Shown here in pieces: positions 37,331-46,929 of a stretch of 64,000 nt of DNA. The stretch's first letter is position 1. Every line of letters starts with the position of its first letter. This DNA comes from Candidatus Binatus sp. (GTDB lineage Bacteria > Desulfobacterota > Binatia > Binatales > Binataceae). Position numbers and translations under genes: made by a program. The stretch lies in assembly GCF_030646925.1 (NCBI RefSeq), contig NZ_JAUSKL010000122.1:1365-65364 (forward strand). The letters run 5' to 3'. The notes beneath the pieces are model-generated. The model was given only the letters and a program-made list of their open reading frames with translations. It made no database searches and was not told the DNA's origin.

Positions 37331-38536
37331 ATGCGATACCTCATCGGCCGATACCACGAAATCGCGCTCAAAGGGCGCAACCAGTGGCGCTTCGTCGATC
37401 AACTAAAACAGAACCTGCGCGATATTTTCGCTGATTACCGGCTCGGCAACGTCCGCAGTATCGGACCGCGCCTGACTGCCACGCTGCCCGACGACCTAAC
37501 CGACGATCTCGCGGCGGAGCGCGCCGCGCTGATCTTCGGCATTCAGAATTTCTCGATCAGCCGCGCCGTGCCGCGCGATATCGAGTCGATCGCGCGGGAA
37601 GCGATCGCGCGCGCCTCGGGCAATCCAGCGAAAACCTTCCGCGTGCGTACGCGGCGCGAGGACAAGCGCTACCCGATGACCTCGCCCGAGATCGATCGCG
37701 AAGTCGGCGCGCTCATGTGCGAGGCGCTTGGCCTCAAAGTCGATCTAGACGACGCCGAACTCACCATCTCGATTGAAATCATGAACGACGCGGCGCTGGT
37801 GTCGGCCGGCAAGATGCCCGGTGCGGGCGGACTGCCGGTGGGTATCTCGGGCCGCGGGATGGCGCTGCTGTCGGGCGGAATCGATTCGCCGGTCGCCGCC
37901 TACCGCATGATGAAGCGCGGACTCGCGCTCGATTTCGTGCACTTCCACGCGCATCCGCTGGTTTCGCCGGCCAGCCGCGAGAAGGCCGCCGACCTCGCGG
38001 CGCATCTCACGCGCTACCAGGCGCGCTCGACTCTGATGCAGGTGCCGTTCGGCAATCTCCAGCGCGAGATCGTCGCGAATACGCTGCGGCCGTTGCGCGT
38101 CGTGCTGTATCGCCGCTTTATGCTGCGAATCGCGAGCGCCCTTGCCGAGCGATCGGGCGCGACCGTGCTCGTCACCGGCGAGAGCCTCGGCCAGGTCGCG
38201 TCGCAGACGCTCGTGAACATGGCGGTGATCGAAAAGGCCGCTTCATTTCCAATTCTGCGGCCTCTGGTCGGGATGGATAAAAGCGAAATTATCGATCAGG
38301 CGCGCGTGCTCGGAACCTTCGAAACTTCGATTCTGCCGGATCAGGATTGCTGCACGTTGTTCGTGCCGGCGCATCCGGAGACGCGCGCGCGAATCGAGGA
38401 AGTCGAGGCCGCCGAATCGCGCTTCGATATCCCGCGCATGATCGCCGACGCGGTGAACGCCACCGAGGTGCAGCGCTTCCAGTTTCCCCCGCGCAACTCG
38501 GCCGCTCCGTCCCGCGCCGCCGAAACCTCGCGCTGA
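37331..38536 (+). CDS. thiI: tRNA 4-thiouridine(8) synthase ThiI
   Basis: MRYLIGRYHEIALKGRNQ (N-terminal/THUMP region) and PP-loop LLSGGIDSPVAA. The first 195 codons of track ORF 36746..38536 are antisense to the NUDIX gene and are rejected. Confidence 0.85.
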   Translation: MRYLIGRYHEIALKGRNQWRFVDQLKQNLRDIFADYRLGNVRSIGPRLTATLPDDLTDDLAAERAALIFGIQNFSISRAVPRDIESIAREAIARASGNPAKTFRVRTRREDKRYPMTSPEIDREVGALMCEALGLKVDLDDAELTISIEIMNDAALVSAGKMPGAGGLPVGISGRGMALLSGGIDSPVAAYRMMKRGLALDFVHFHAHPLVSPASREKAADLAAHLTRYQARSTLMQVPFGNLQREIVANTLRPLRVVLYRRFMLRIASALAERSGATVLVTGESLGQVASQTLVNMAVIEKAASFPILRPLVGMDKSEIIDQARVLGTFETSILPDQDCCTLFVPAHPETRARIEEVEAAESRFDIPRMIADAVNATEVQRFQFPPRNSAAPSRAAETSR

Positions 38537-38652
38537 TCGCGAGCGCAGATGTCGCCCACGCGCCTCGACGTGGAAACAGACCGACAAGTCGATTCCGATA
38601 TTTCCAAGATTCGAGGTGCTGGCGAAAGGAACAAATCGATCCCGCGATGTTC

Positions 38653-38922
38653 TCAGCCGCGCGCGACGCGTTTGATGCCGGCATCCTTTAGCTCTTCTCG
38701 CACCGCTCGGCGCACGACCGCCTCGATTCCGCCGCGTCGCATGTGCTCGCGCAGCGCTTCGTTGATCAGGGATTGGTAGTTGCCGCCGCCCATCGCATGG
38801 ACCTGCTCGCGGAAATAATCGAGAACCTTGTTGTCCAGCCGAATGGTGATCCTGGTCTTGCCCGGCTCAGGCGGTACGACCGCGCCACGCTTGCCCTTGC
38901 TGAAATCGTATTCGCGCTTCAT
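38653..38922 (-). CDS. BrnA-like (CopG/RHH-type) antitoxin, apparently orphan
   Basis: MKREYDFSKGKRGAVV...RITIRLDNKVLDYFRE...GGGNYQSLINEALREH is typical of the BrnA family. No toxin ORF is adjacent. Confidence 0.65.
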   Translation of the reverse strand: MKREYDFSKGKRGAVVPPEPGKTRITIRLDNKVLDYFREQVHAMGGGNYQSLINEALREHMRRGGIEAVVRRAVREELKDAGIKRVARG

Positions 38923-39080
38923 GTCTTTTGCTTTTCGTACTCCTCGCGTATGCACAAGCGTACATAACCAGCGGCGGTCCGTCCACGGAGCCGTCCCTCG
39001 CGGATTGTTGCCCGAGTGCCTAACCGGAATCGTGTGATTGGATTTGTTCACTTATCGCGCATCCGGCGCTATAGTCCGCC

Positions 39081-40133
39081 GTGCAGAGGACGCCGATCGT
39101 GTTCCGCGAAATTAATTTCCAGAAGTGCAAGACCTATCTCGGATGGTCTGACACCAGTGATCAGGCGGCGCTGATCGATCCGGTTCGCGACAAGATCGAG
39201 CGCTACCTCGCGCTCCTTGCTTATCGCGGCCTGAAGCTCGGCTTGATCGTCGATACTCATACGCACGCCGATCATCGCAGCGGCGCATTCGAACTGGGCG
39301 AACTCACCGGCGCGCCCGTCGCGATGCATCGCCGGGCCCCCGCGCCGCACGTCAAAATTCACGTCGAAGACGGCCAGATGCTCACCGTGGGCGACCTTGC
39401 GATGCGCGTGCTGTACACGCCCGGCCACACCCCCGACTCGATTAGTCTCCACGCCGGCGATCGCGTCTTCACCGGCGACGTGCTGCTGATTCATGGGACG
39501 GGCCGCTGCGATTTTGCCGGCGGCGATCCGGCTGCCTCGTTCGATTCGATCATGTCGAAGCTGTTCACCTTGCCCGACAGCACGATCGTGCTGCCGGCGC
39601 ACGACTATCGCGGCCATACCCAGTCCACCATCGGCGAGGAGAAGCGATCGAATCCGCGCCTGGCGGGTAAAAGTCGCGAAGCATACGTCGATTTGATGAA
39701 CAAGCTTGGGTTGCCGCTGCCCGACGGAATCCAGGAGGCCCTGCAGCCTAATCAGTCTGACGTCGACTCAGCCGCGCTCGCATTTCCGAATCTCTCGCAA
39801 CTCAATAGCGTGCGGCAGATGAATCCGCAGGAGCTCTACGAGCGCATCAAAGCCGGCGACTCGCCGATTCTGATCGACGTGCGCGAGCCCGGTGAATACC
39901 GGGGCGAACTCGGCCATCTGGCCGGAAGCCAGCTCATACCGCTGCGCGAGTTGACCGAGCGCGCCAGCGAACTGACTGCGATGAAGGATCGCGAGATCGT
40001 GACGGTTTGCCGCGTCGGCTTGCGCAGCGCGACTGCGGCCGCAATTCTCACCAGCCTCGGCTGCGAGCACGTCCTGAATCTTAAGGGCGGGATGCTCGAG
40101 TGGAACGACGCGGGACTGCCGGTCGAAAAATAA
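39081..40133 (+). CDS. MBL-fold persulfide-dioxygenase-like domain fused to rhodanese
   Basis: HTHADH metal motif; C-terminal rhodanese with active-site loop CRVGLRS. Confidence 0.85.
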   Translation: MQRTPIVFREINFQKCKTYLGWSDTSDQAALIDPVRDKIERYLALLAYRGLKLGLIVDTHTHADHRSGAFELGELTGAPVAMHRRAPAPHVKIHVEDGQMLTVGDLAMRVLYTPGHTPDSISLHAGDRVFTGDVLLIHGTGRCDFAGGDPAASFDSIMSKLFTLPDSTIVLPAHDYRGHTQSTIGEEKRSNPRLAGKSREAYVDLMNKLGLPLPDGIQEALQPNQSDVDSAALAFPNLSQLNSVRQMNPQELYERIKAGDSPILIDVREPGEYRGELGHLAGSQLIPLRELTERASELTAMKDREIVTVCRVGLRSATAAAILTSLGCEHVLNLKGGMLEWNDAGLPVEK

Positions 40134-40135
40134 GC

Positions 40136-40534
40136 ATGGAATTGCCGTTTAAGGTTGCCGAACTCGATCACGTGGTGCTCCGATGCCGCGATCAGACGCG
40201 GGCACTGGATTTCTACACGCGCGTGCTCGGCCTCGCCGAGGAGCGGCGGATCGAGCAGATCGGTCTGATCCAGCTTCGCGCTGGCGCCAGCATGATCGAT
40301 CTGGTGCCCGCGAGTGGCGCGCGCGACGAGCGCGGTCTCAACGTCGATCACTTCTGCCTCGGCATCGAGGCTCGCGACCTGAACGAAATCGCAGGCTACC
40401 TGCGCGACCTGGGCGTCGAAGTAATCGGCGAACCTGCGACTCGCTACGGCGCGCGCGGGATGGGTCTCTCGATCTACATCCGCGATTCCGAGGGCAACGT
40501 CGTCGAACTCAAGCAACTTGCCGCGCAGTCTTAA
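40136..40534 (+). CDS. VOC/glyoxalase-family protein
   Basis: ELDHVVLRCRD...FYTRVLGL...SIYIRDSEGNVVEL. Confidence 0.8.
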   Translation: MELPFKVAELDHVVLRCRDQTRALDFYTRVLGLAEERRIEQIGLIQLRAGASMIDLVPASGARDERGLNVDHFCLGIEARDLNEIAGYLRDLGVEVIGEPATRYGARGMGLSIYIRDSEGNVVELKQLAAQS

Positions 40535-40702
40535 GCCGGATACGCGGCGGGTCGCACGGCGCGCTTCTTTTCTGCTAAGCAGAACTGTCTCATCTACTTT
40601 TGATCGGCCTGAAAAATCGCGCCGGTTAGCAGAACTTGTTTTCGATGAGGGCAACATTAGAATCGAACCGTTTTTACGCCTGCGGGGAGGAGAGTTCCGC
40701 CG

Positions 40703-41878
40703 ATGACCAAATCCAGGATTCAAGCCAGGGGCATCTTGCTCGCGACCGCCCTGTTCTGCGCGATGTTTCTCGCCGCTTGCGGAGGCAAAACGCCGGGCAG
40801 CGCCGCTGAAACCTATTTGCAGAATCTGAAAATCTACAACTATCCGAAGCTGTACCAGGCGATGTCGCATCAGGACCAGGTCGATCGCACCTTGGATCAG
40901 TTCCTGCTCGCGGTGCCGATGGCGCCTGACGTCAATAAGGACTGGTTCAAAGCGATGGTGCGCGCCTACGATTACAAGGTCGGCGAAGCCAAAATCGACG
41001 GCAACAACGCTAACGTTACTGTCAGCGTCACGCGCCCCGATTTGAAGCTATGGGAGCGGACCGTGGACGCGTCAATTTCCGGCGACCAGACCCCGGACGC
41101 CGCGGCGCAGAAAAATCTCGAGGAAAAAACCTATCCTAAGGTCACTTACGACGACAACATGGCGATGGTTAAGCAGGGCGACGAATGGAAAGTGCTGGTC
41201 AATTTTCCATTCCGGGAGAAAATCCTTAAGGAGCACAAGGAGGCGGTCGATCTTTATCACAAGCACGACTACGACAAGGCCGTCGCCGCCTACCAGACGA
41301 TTATCGACGAACTCGACAAGGAACCGGCCACTGGCAACGCCGGATTGAAATTTCAGTACGGCAAGGAGCTGGCCGATATTCAGAATATCCAGAAGCAGAT
41401 TTCCGAGGCGCAAGCCTACATCCCGAAGATCGCGCTGAGCGACGTGGACATGAAGATGGCGGCCTCGCGGGTCCCTGGAATCTTCGGCAAGATGACCAAT
41501 ACCGGCGACAAGGCGATCGACGAGCTGCAAATGACCGTCACTTATTCCGAGGGCAAGGGCAAGAAAAAGAAGGACGTGTTCAGCGAGGTGCACACGCCGG
41601 TCGCGACGCCGATGGAATTCACCAACTTCATGCGGCCGGTGCTGCCGTTCGTCCCGGGCGAGACGCGCAGCTTCGGCTTCAGGCTGACCGCACCCGCCGA
41701 CGTGCAGCAGAAGGCGACGCCGGACCTGAACGTCACGGCGGTCGTATTCACCCAATCGTCGGCGCCGCTGCCGAAGCCGAAGGAGGCGCCGTCCGCGACC
41801 CCGTCGGCGGGCGCGTCGCCGGCTGCCGCGGCCTCCGCTGCCGCGCCGGCCGCGGCGCCATCGGCGGCTGCTCACTGA
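40703..41878 (+). CDS. lipoprotein of unknown function with an Ala/Pro-rich tail
   Basis: Signal plus lipobox (FLAACGG); 391 aa. Confidence 0.55.
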   Translation: MTKSRIQARGILLATALFCAMFLAACGGKTPGSAAETYLQNLKIYNYPKLYQAMSHQDQVDRTLDQFLLAVPMAPDVNKDWFKAMVRAYDYKVGEAKIDGNNANVTVSVTRPDLKLWERTVDASISGDQTPDAAAQKNLEEKTYPKVTYDDNMAMVKQGDEWKVLVNFPFREKILKEHKEAVDLYHKHDYDKAVAAYQTIIDELDKEPATGNAGLKFQYGKELADIQNIQKQISEAQAYIPKIALSDVDMKMAASRVPGIFGKMTNTGDKAIDELQMTVTYSEGKGKKKKDVFSEVHTPVATPMEFTNFMRPVLPFVPGETRSFGFRLTAPADVQQKATPDLNVTAVVFTQSSAPLPKPKEAPSATPSAGASPAAAASAAAPAAAPSAAAH

Positions 41879-41954
41879 TCGAGATAGCGCTCGAAGAATC
41901 GAACCGCGCCTGCGAATCGGATTATCCGATTCGGGGCGCGGTTCGCTATTATCG

Positions 41955-42902
41955 ATGCGTCGAAGTTTTCATCTCGCGCGAACCACGCTTCAACGAAACT
42001 TGCCTACCAAGCTGACTATCGCGATCCCGACGCATAATCGCGCCGCCACGGTGCGCGAGACGCTCGCCAGTATCGATGCCCTCGCGCTACCCGCCGAAAT
42101 CGACGCCGACTGCCTCGTCATCGACAACGCCTCGATCGACGCCACCGCGGCGGCCGTCGATAACTTCGCGCGCGATGCGCGCCTTCCCGTGCGCCGCGTA
42201 TTCGAGCCTCGCCTCGGTTCGAGCTTCGCGCGCAATCGCGCCGTCGATGAGACCCAATCCGAATTGATCTTTTTTATCGACGACGACGCGATCGCCGAAC
42301 GCGATTGGGCCGCGAAGCTGTTCGCCGCGATGCGGTCCCGCAACCTCGACGCCGCCTGCGGGATGGTGCTGCCGCGATGGACGTCGGAACCGCCGCCCTG
42401 GCTCGGCCCGAGTCTGTGGGTCAAGCTCGCGGTTCACGATCGGCAGGCGATCGCGAGCGCGCCGGTGTCATCGGCCGAGACGCTCGACAATTATTTCAGC
42501 GCGAACGTCGGCTTCAAACGTTCCGCATTCGAGCGCTTCGGCAAATTTCGCGAGGATCTTGGCGTCGTCGGCGGCAATCCGATCTCCGGCGAGGATACGG
42601 AACTGTTCGCGCGCATCATCGCACGCGGCGGGGCGATGGGCTTTGCGCCCGACGCGATCGTCCATCACATGATTCCGCGCGAGCGGATGACGCGCGCTTA
42701 CCTGCGGCGCAAGAGCTTCGCTTACGGCGTCGGCAGCGCGTTCGCCGGCGGCCGCAATCACAACCGCCTCGACAAACTGGTGAAAAATTCAATCAGGATG
42801 CTCGCCGCGATGTCGCGCGGCGATTCCGAGCGCGCGATTTATCACGAACTGGAATGCGCGAACTTTTTCGGCTACTGGCGCGGCCGCCTGATGAAAAGCT
42901 AG
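41955..42902 (+). CDS. family 2 glycosyltransferase
   Basis: LTIAIPTHNRA ... VIDNASIDAT ... FIDDDA. Confidence 0.8.
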   Translation: MRRSFHLARTTLQRNLPTKLTIAIPTHNRAATVRETLASIDALALPAEIDADCLVIDNASIDATAAAVDNFARDARLPVRRVFEPRLGSSFARNRAVDETQSELIFFIDDDAIAERDWAAKLFAAMRSRNLDAACGMVLPRWTSEPPPWLGPSLWVKLAVHDRQAIASAPVSSAETLDNYFSANVGFKRSAFERFGKFREDLGVVGGNPISGEDTELFARIIARGGAMGFAPDAIVHHMIPRERMTRAYLRRKSFAYGVGSAFAGGRNHNRLDKLVKNSIRMLAAMSRGDSERAIYHELECANFFGYWRGRLMKS

Positions 42903-42954
42903 CCGCTTCTTCACGACATATGAATTTTTTGTTCGATGACGGACCTGCACTCTC

Positions 42955-43090
42955 CGTGTCATTTCGAGCGCAGCGAGAAATCCCGGATCCGGGTTTCACG
43001 CCTCGTCGCAAGGCTCACTCGGGATGACACGGAAACGCTCCGCTCCACTTCGTCATCTTGAGCGGAGGCCGCCGGAGTCAAAAGACCTCG
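42955..43090. repeat. REP/MITE-like palindromic element, copy 1 (inverted relative to copies 2 and 3)
   Basis: gtgtcatttcgagcgcagcgagaaatcccggatccggg...ctcactcgggatgacac hairpin, plus a gcggaggccgccggagtcaaaag unit. Confidence 0.7.
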
Positions 43091-43181
43091 GGTCTTATCG
43101 AGTTCAGCGAGCTTTGCATAAATCAGCGATCTGTGAGCAGAAAGTACAAGCAAAATCGAAATTGTCGTTTTGGAGGGCATC

Positions 43182-44024
43182 ATGCGCACCCTTAAAGTAT
43201 TAGTTGAAGGATTGGCGTTCCCCGAAGGGCCGCGATGGCGCGACGGCAAGCTCTTCTTCTCCGACATGCACGCCAACCAGGTCTGCACCGTCGATCTGGC
43301 CGGCAAAAAATCCGTCGTCTGCGAAGTACCGCAACGACCTTCAGGACTAGGATGGCTCCCAGACGGACGGATGCTCGTCGTATCGATGACTGATCGGAAG
43401 CTGCTCCGGCTCGAGCCCGGCGGCCTGAAGCCGCACGCCGACATGAGCCAGCTCGCGCCCTTCGATTGCAATGACATGGTGGTGGACGCGAAGGGCCGCG
43501 CGTACGTCGGGAATTTCGGCTTCGATTTGCACAAGAATGAAAAACCGCGCACGACCACGATGGTCATGGTGACGCCCGACGGGCAGGCGCGCATCGCGGC
43601 CGACGATTTGAGCTTTCCGAACGGCACCGTGATCACGCCTGATGGCAAGACGCTAGTCGTCGGCGAGTCGATGGGGCGGCGGCTGACTGCATTCGATATC
43701 GCGGCCGATGGCACGCTCTCGAATCGGCGCGTGTGGGCGCAGTTGGGCACTTACATCCCGGATGGAATCGGGCTCGATGCGGAAGGTGCTATCTGGGTGG
43801 CGTGTCCGAGCGCGTCGGAGGTGGTGCGGGTGAAAGAGGGCGGCGAGATCGCGGAGCGGATCAAAGTCGGCGCCGACGCTTTTGCATGCATCCTCGGCGG
43901 CGCCGACGGTAAGACGCTGTTCGTCGCGACCGCGGCGAATTCCGATCCCGAAAAGTGCAAGCGCGATCGGACCGGGAAAATCGAAATCACGCAGGTCGAG
44001 GTCGGCCACGCCGGCTTGCCGTGA
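43182..44024 (+). CDS. SMP-30/gluconolactonase/LRE-family beta-propeller
   Basis: LAFPEGPRWRDGKLFFSD ... PNGTVITPDGKTL. Confidence 0.8.
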   Translation: MRTLKVLVEGLAFPEGPRWRDGKLFFSDMHANQVCTVDLAGKKSVVCEVPQRPSGLGWLPDGRMLVVSMTDRKLLRLEPGGLKPHADMSQLAPFDCNDMVVDAKGRAYVGNFGFDLHKNEKPRTTTMVMVTPDGQARIAADDLSFPNGTVITPDGKTLVVGESMGRRLTAFDIAADGTLSNRRVWAQLGTYIPDGIGLDAEGAIWVACPSASEVVRVKEGGEIAERIKVGADAFACILGGADGKTLFVATAANSDPEKCKRDRTGKIEITQVEVGHAGLP

Positions 44025-44116
44025 CGGTTCGCGCGACGACTCGCGCCGCGCGTTTTTCGCACCCCGATACGCGTGTACTGGCGTGGAGCATCGCGCCGTG
44101 GCGTAATCATTAGACC

Positions 44117-45436
44117 ATGAGCCTCGACGCGAAAGCTGATTCCTTCAAAACGCGGCGCAAGCATTTCATGGAGCGCATCGCAGCCGGCGCAACCGCGATC
44201 CTGCCGAGCGCGCCGGTCGCGATCCGTTCCGGCGACGTCGAATTCATCTATCGGCAGGACAGCGATTTTTACTACCTGACGGGTTTTGCCGAGCCCGAGT
44301 CGGTCGCGGTTTTTTCACCGGGGCATCCCGACGGCGAATTCGTGCTGTTCGTGCGGCCGCGCGATCGCGAGCGCGAAACGTGGACCGGCCGGCGCGCGGG
44401 AATCGAAGGCGCGATGATCGATCACGGCGCCGACAAGGCGTATACGATCGATGAACTCGAAAAAATCCTGCCGCGCTATCTGGAAAAGAGCGAGCGTGTG
44501 CACTATCCGCTCGGGCTGAACGAAAAGTTCGACGAGCGCGTGCTCAAGATGGTCCGCTGGGCGCAGGCGATGCGCCCGCGGCTCGGCGTCGGGCCGACGG
44601 TGCTGATCGATCCGCGCGACATCATCCACGAAGCGCGGCTGATGAAGGAAGAGGCCGAGATCGCGGCGATGCGCCGTGCGATGGAGATTTCCCGCGAGGC
44701 GCATCGGCAGGCGATGCTGAAAGCGCGCGGCGGGATGAAGGAGTGGCAGATCGAGGCTGAGGTCAACTACGCGTTTCGTTCGCAGGGCGCCGCCGGACCG
44801 AGTTATCCAACGATTATCGCGTCGGGGCCAAACGCGGCGACGCTGCACTATATCCAGAACGATCGCGAGATGCGGACAGGAGAGCTGCTGCTGATCGACG
44901 CGGGCGCCGAATACGATTATTACGCGGCCGATATCACCCGCACTTCACCGATCGGCGCGAAATTCACCCAGTTGCAGCGCGACTTGTATCAAGTGGTGCT
45001 CGATGCGCAGCTTAAAGCGATCGACGTGATCAAACCGGGCGCGCGCTTTGACGACCCACATAATGTTGCGCTGCGCGTGCTGGTCGATGGGATGCGCGGA
45101 CTCGGGATGTTGCAGGGTTCCGCCGACGAGATCCTCGAAAGCGCCAGCTACCGGCGCTTTTATATGCATCGCACGAGTCACTGGCTCGGCATGGACGTGC
45201 ACGACGTGGGACTTTACCGCGTCGGCGGCGCGTCGCGAGTGCTCGAGCCGGGGATGGTTCTCACAGTAGAGCCGGGGCTGTATATCGATCGCGACGACGA
45301 CACGGTGCCGGAGAGTTTTCGCGGCATCGGCATCCGAATCGAGGACGACATCCTGGTGACGGCGAACGGGCACGAAGTGATGACTGCCGCGACGCCCAAG
45401 ACGATCGCGGACGTCGAGGCGCTCACCGCCGGGTGA
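44117..45436 (+). CDS. pepP: Xaa-Pro aminopeptidase (M24B)
   Basis: YRQDSDFYYLTGF N-domain; M24 metal ligands in the context LIDAGAEYDYYAADITRT ... HWLGMDVHD. Confidence 0.85.
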   Translation: MSLDAKADSFKTRRKHFMERIAAGATAILPSAPVAIRSGDVEFIYRQDSDFYYLTGFAEPESVAVFSPGHPDGEFVLFVRPRDRERETWTGRRAGIEGAMIDHGADKAYTIDELEKILPRYLEKSERVHYPLGLNEKFDERVLKMVRWAQAMRPRLGVGPTVLIDPRDIIHEARLMKEEAEIAAMRRAMEISREAHRQAMLKARGGMKEWQIEAEVNYAFRSQGAAGPSYPTIIASGPNAATLHYIQNDREMRTGELLLIDAGAEYDYYAADITRTSPIGAKFTQLQRDLYQVVLDAQLKAIDVIKPGARFDDPHNVALRVLVDGMRGLGMLQGSADEILESASYRRFYMHRTSHWLGMDVHDVGLYRVGGASRVLEPGMVLTVEPGLYIDRDDDTVPESFRGIGIRIEDDILVTANGHEVMTAATPKTIADVEALTAG

Positions 45437-45467
45437 GTAATTTGCCTTAGGTATAACAGGCGTCAGG

Positions 45468-45556
45468 AGCCGTTCCGTGTCATCCCGAGCGAGCCCGGCG
45501 ACGAGGGAACCCAGATTCGAGATCCTTCGACTCCGGCAGCCTCCGCTCGGCAGTCG
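45468..45556. repeat. REP/MITE-like element, copy 2
   Basis: ccgtgtcatcccgagcgagcccggcgacgagggaaccc ... gatccttcgactccggcagcc. Confidence 0.65.
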
Positions 45557-45794
45557 AGGGCAATCACTGCGGGCTGAACGAAGCTTTTCGCGCGCGGAAA
45601 TGAGAGCGCGCTTGCCGTCAGCGGGCGACCTAGGCGCCGTCGATCACCAGCGGATGCCCCGTCACGAACGACGCCGCATCGGACAGCAGCCAGAGCACGC
45701 CCTCCGCGATTTCCTCCGGCTTGCCCATTCGGCCTACCGGCTCGCCCAGGGTGAGATCCTGTTCGCTGAATCCCTGCGTGTCGAGCAGCCGCTC
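45557..45794. repeat. 238-bp direct repeat, left copy (61 bp of spacer plus the last 177 bp of the SDR gene)
   Basis: Identical to 48026-48263 except at 45631, 45664 and 45777 (3 mismatches counted). Confidence 0.95.
45618..45794 (-). pseudogene. duplicated 3' fragment of the SDR gene carrying a TGG-to-TAG change
   Basis: The left repeat copy reads GA*VAR* where the intact gene reads GAWVAR*. The mismatch is at 45631. Confidence 0.85.
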
Positions 45795-45918
45795 AGATCG
45801 GTCAACTGTCCTAAGTATCTTGCCAATCCTTTGTTCAGGGCGTGATTAGGCGGCAGACGCGATCAATGATGGGATACCGCCCCCGCCTTTCACGGGCCCT
45901 GTCAGACTGCGTTTTGGG

Positions 45919-46890
45919 CTATACCCGAGGGCGTAGCGCTAACCTGCGCCGAACAATCAAGCCACGAAGCAGCGACTCTCGCGTTGGCTCCGTGGATAGT
46001 GATCTGAGTTTGGGGTCGTTGAGACCCTCGTACAGGTTCGAGTTTCTGTACTCAGAGTACACGGCCTCTTTTAGGCTTTCATTCCGAGTCAGCCAGAGCT
46101 CGCCGTCTTTCAGCCCTCGTGGCAGGGCGCAGCAGTAGAGTAAGTGGTGTTCGGCAAACCTTTCGACCACACCGAGAACCAATGGGGCGTTCTCGGTCAA
46201 ATTGGTGATCTCAATCATCGCCGCTTCCGCACCTGCCGCCTTCATCTGCTTGGCGGTATCTTCGAGGAAGCCCTCGACGCCTCTGACGCCATTGCTGACG
46301 TCGACCGGTATCTCGTTTCTGCTCGCGCGCTCGCTTCTCAAGGCGTGGATAAGACCAACGACCGAGGCTGCTCCAGCGATTCTGAAGGCACTATCACTGA
46401 TTCCCCCGACTAAACCTGCAGCCACCAGGACGACAGCGAAAGAGGATACTACTTCGAACAACACGCGAGCGACGGAAGCCATGACGGTCTTTGAGCCCTT
46501 GATGTCCGCGAAGAGCGCAGTGACCGCCTTACGCTCGCCTTCGATAAGAGGTGAAGCGTCTAGCTCTGCTCGCATTTCCTGTGCGTCCTTTGGACCAAAA
46601 ATAATTTCCTTTGCGCGGGCCTGTTTCATGAGTTCGGTAGCAGTCTGTTCCGGTGCAATGCGAACGCCGGAGGCTGATTCTGGCGGCGACGACGTGGCGT
46701 TTACGGCACCCGCACCATTAGTGAGTGGAGCGCCGCACTTGCCACAGAAGTCGGATGTCGGCGGGTTTTTCGCCTTACATTTTGCGCAGAGTTTGGTGAG
46801 CGCTTTCCCGCACCGCGCGCAGAAACTATTGGTGGAGGGATTATTCGTCCCGCATTTTGGGCAGCGCATCGATGTACCCCCGACAACCAA
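45919..46890 (-). CDS. chimeric protein: double zinc ribbon, first strand of a class III cyclase domain, two hydrophobic segments, unknown C-terminal domain
   Basis: CPKCG..CARCG..CAKCK..CGKCG, then EGERKAVTALFADIKGS (start of a cyclase homology domain). After that the sequence is unrelated to cyclases. Confidence 0.55.
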   Translation of the reverse strand: MVVGGTSMRCPKCGTNNPSTNSFCARCGKALTKLCAKCKAKNPPTSDFCGKCGAPLTNGAGAVNATSSPPESASGVRIAPEQTATELMKQARAKEIIFGPKDAQEMRAELDASPLIEGERKAVTALFADIKGSKTVMASVARVLFEVVSSFAVVLVAAGLVGGISDSAFRIAGAASVVGLIHALRSERASRNEIPVDVSNGVRGVEGFLEDTAKQMKAAGAEAAMIEITNLTENAPLVLGVVERFAEHHLLYCCALPRGLKDGELWLTRNESLKEAVYSEYRNSNLYEGLNDPKLRSLSTEPTRESLLRGLIVRRRLALRPRV

Positions 46891-46929
46891 CCGACCAGTC
46901 CCTCTTGTATCGCCCAGTGTCAGAAATGG

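Noticed and set aside
38923-39068. Degraded BrnT toxin upstream of the BrnA-like gene
   Set aside because: I could read no BrnT-like peptide in any frame by eye. This remains unresolved and needs a profile search.
41072-41875. 267-aa minus-strand ORF
   Set aside because: It is antisense to the lipobox-bearing 391-aa lipoprotein gene. The translation is extremely Arg/Gly-rich.
45477-45845. + strand ORF of 122 aa, and its relative 48069..48836 (255 aa) sharing the peptide [10 protein letters not shown]...
   Set aside because: Both are antisense to SDR coding sequence or the REP element. The shared peptide is simply the 238-bp repeat read on the wrong strand.
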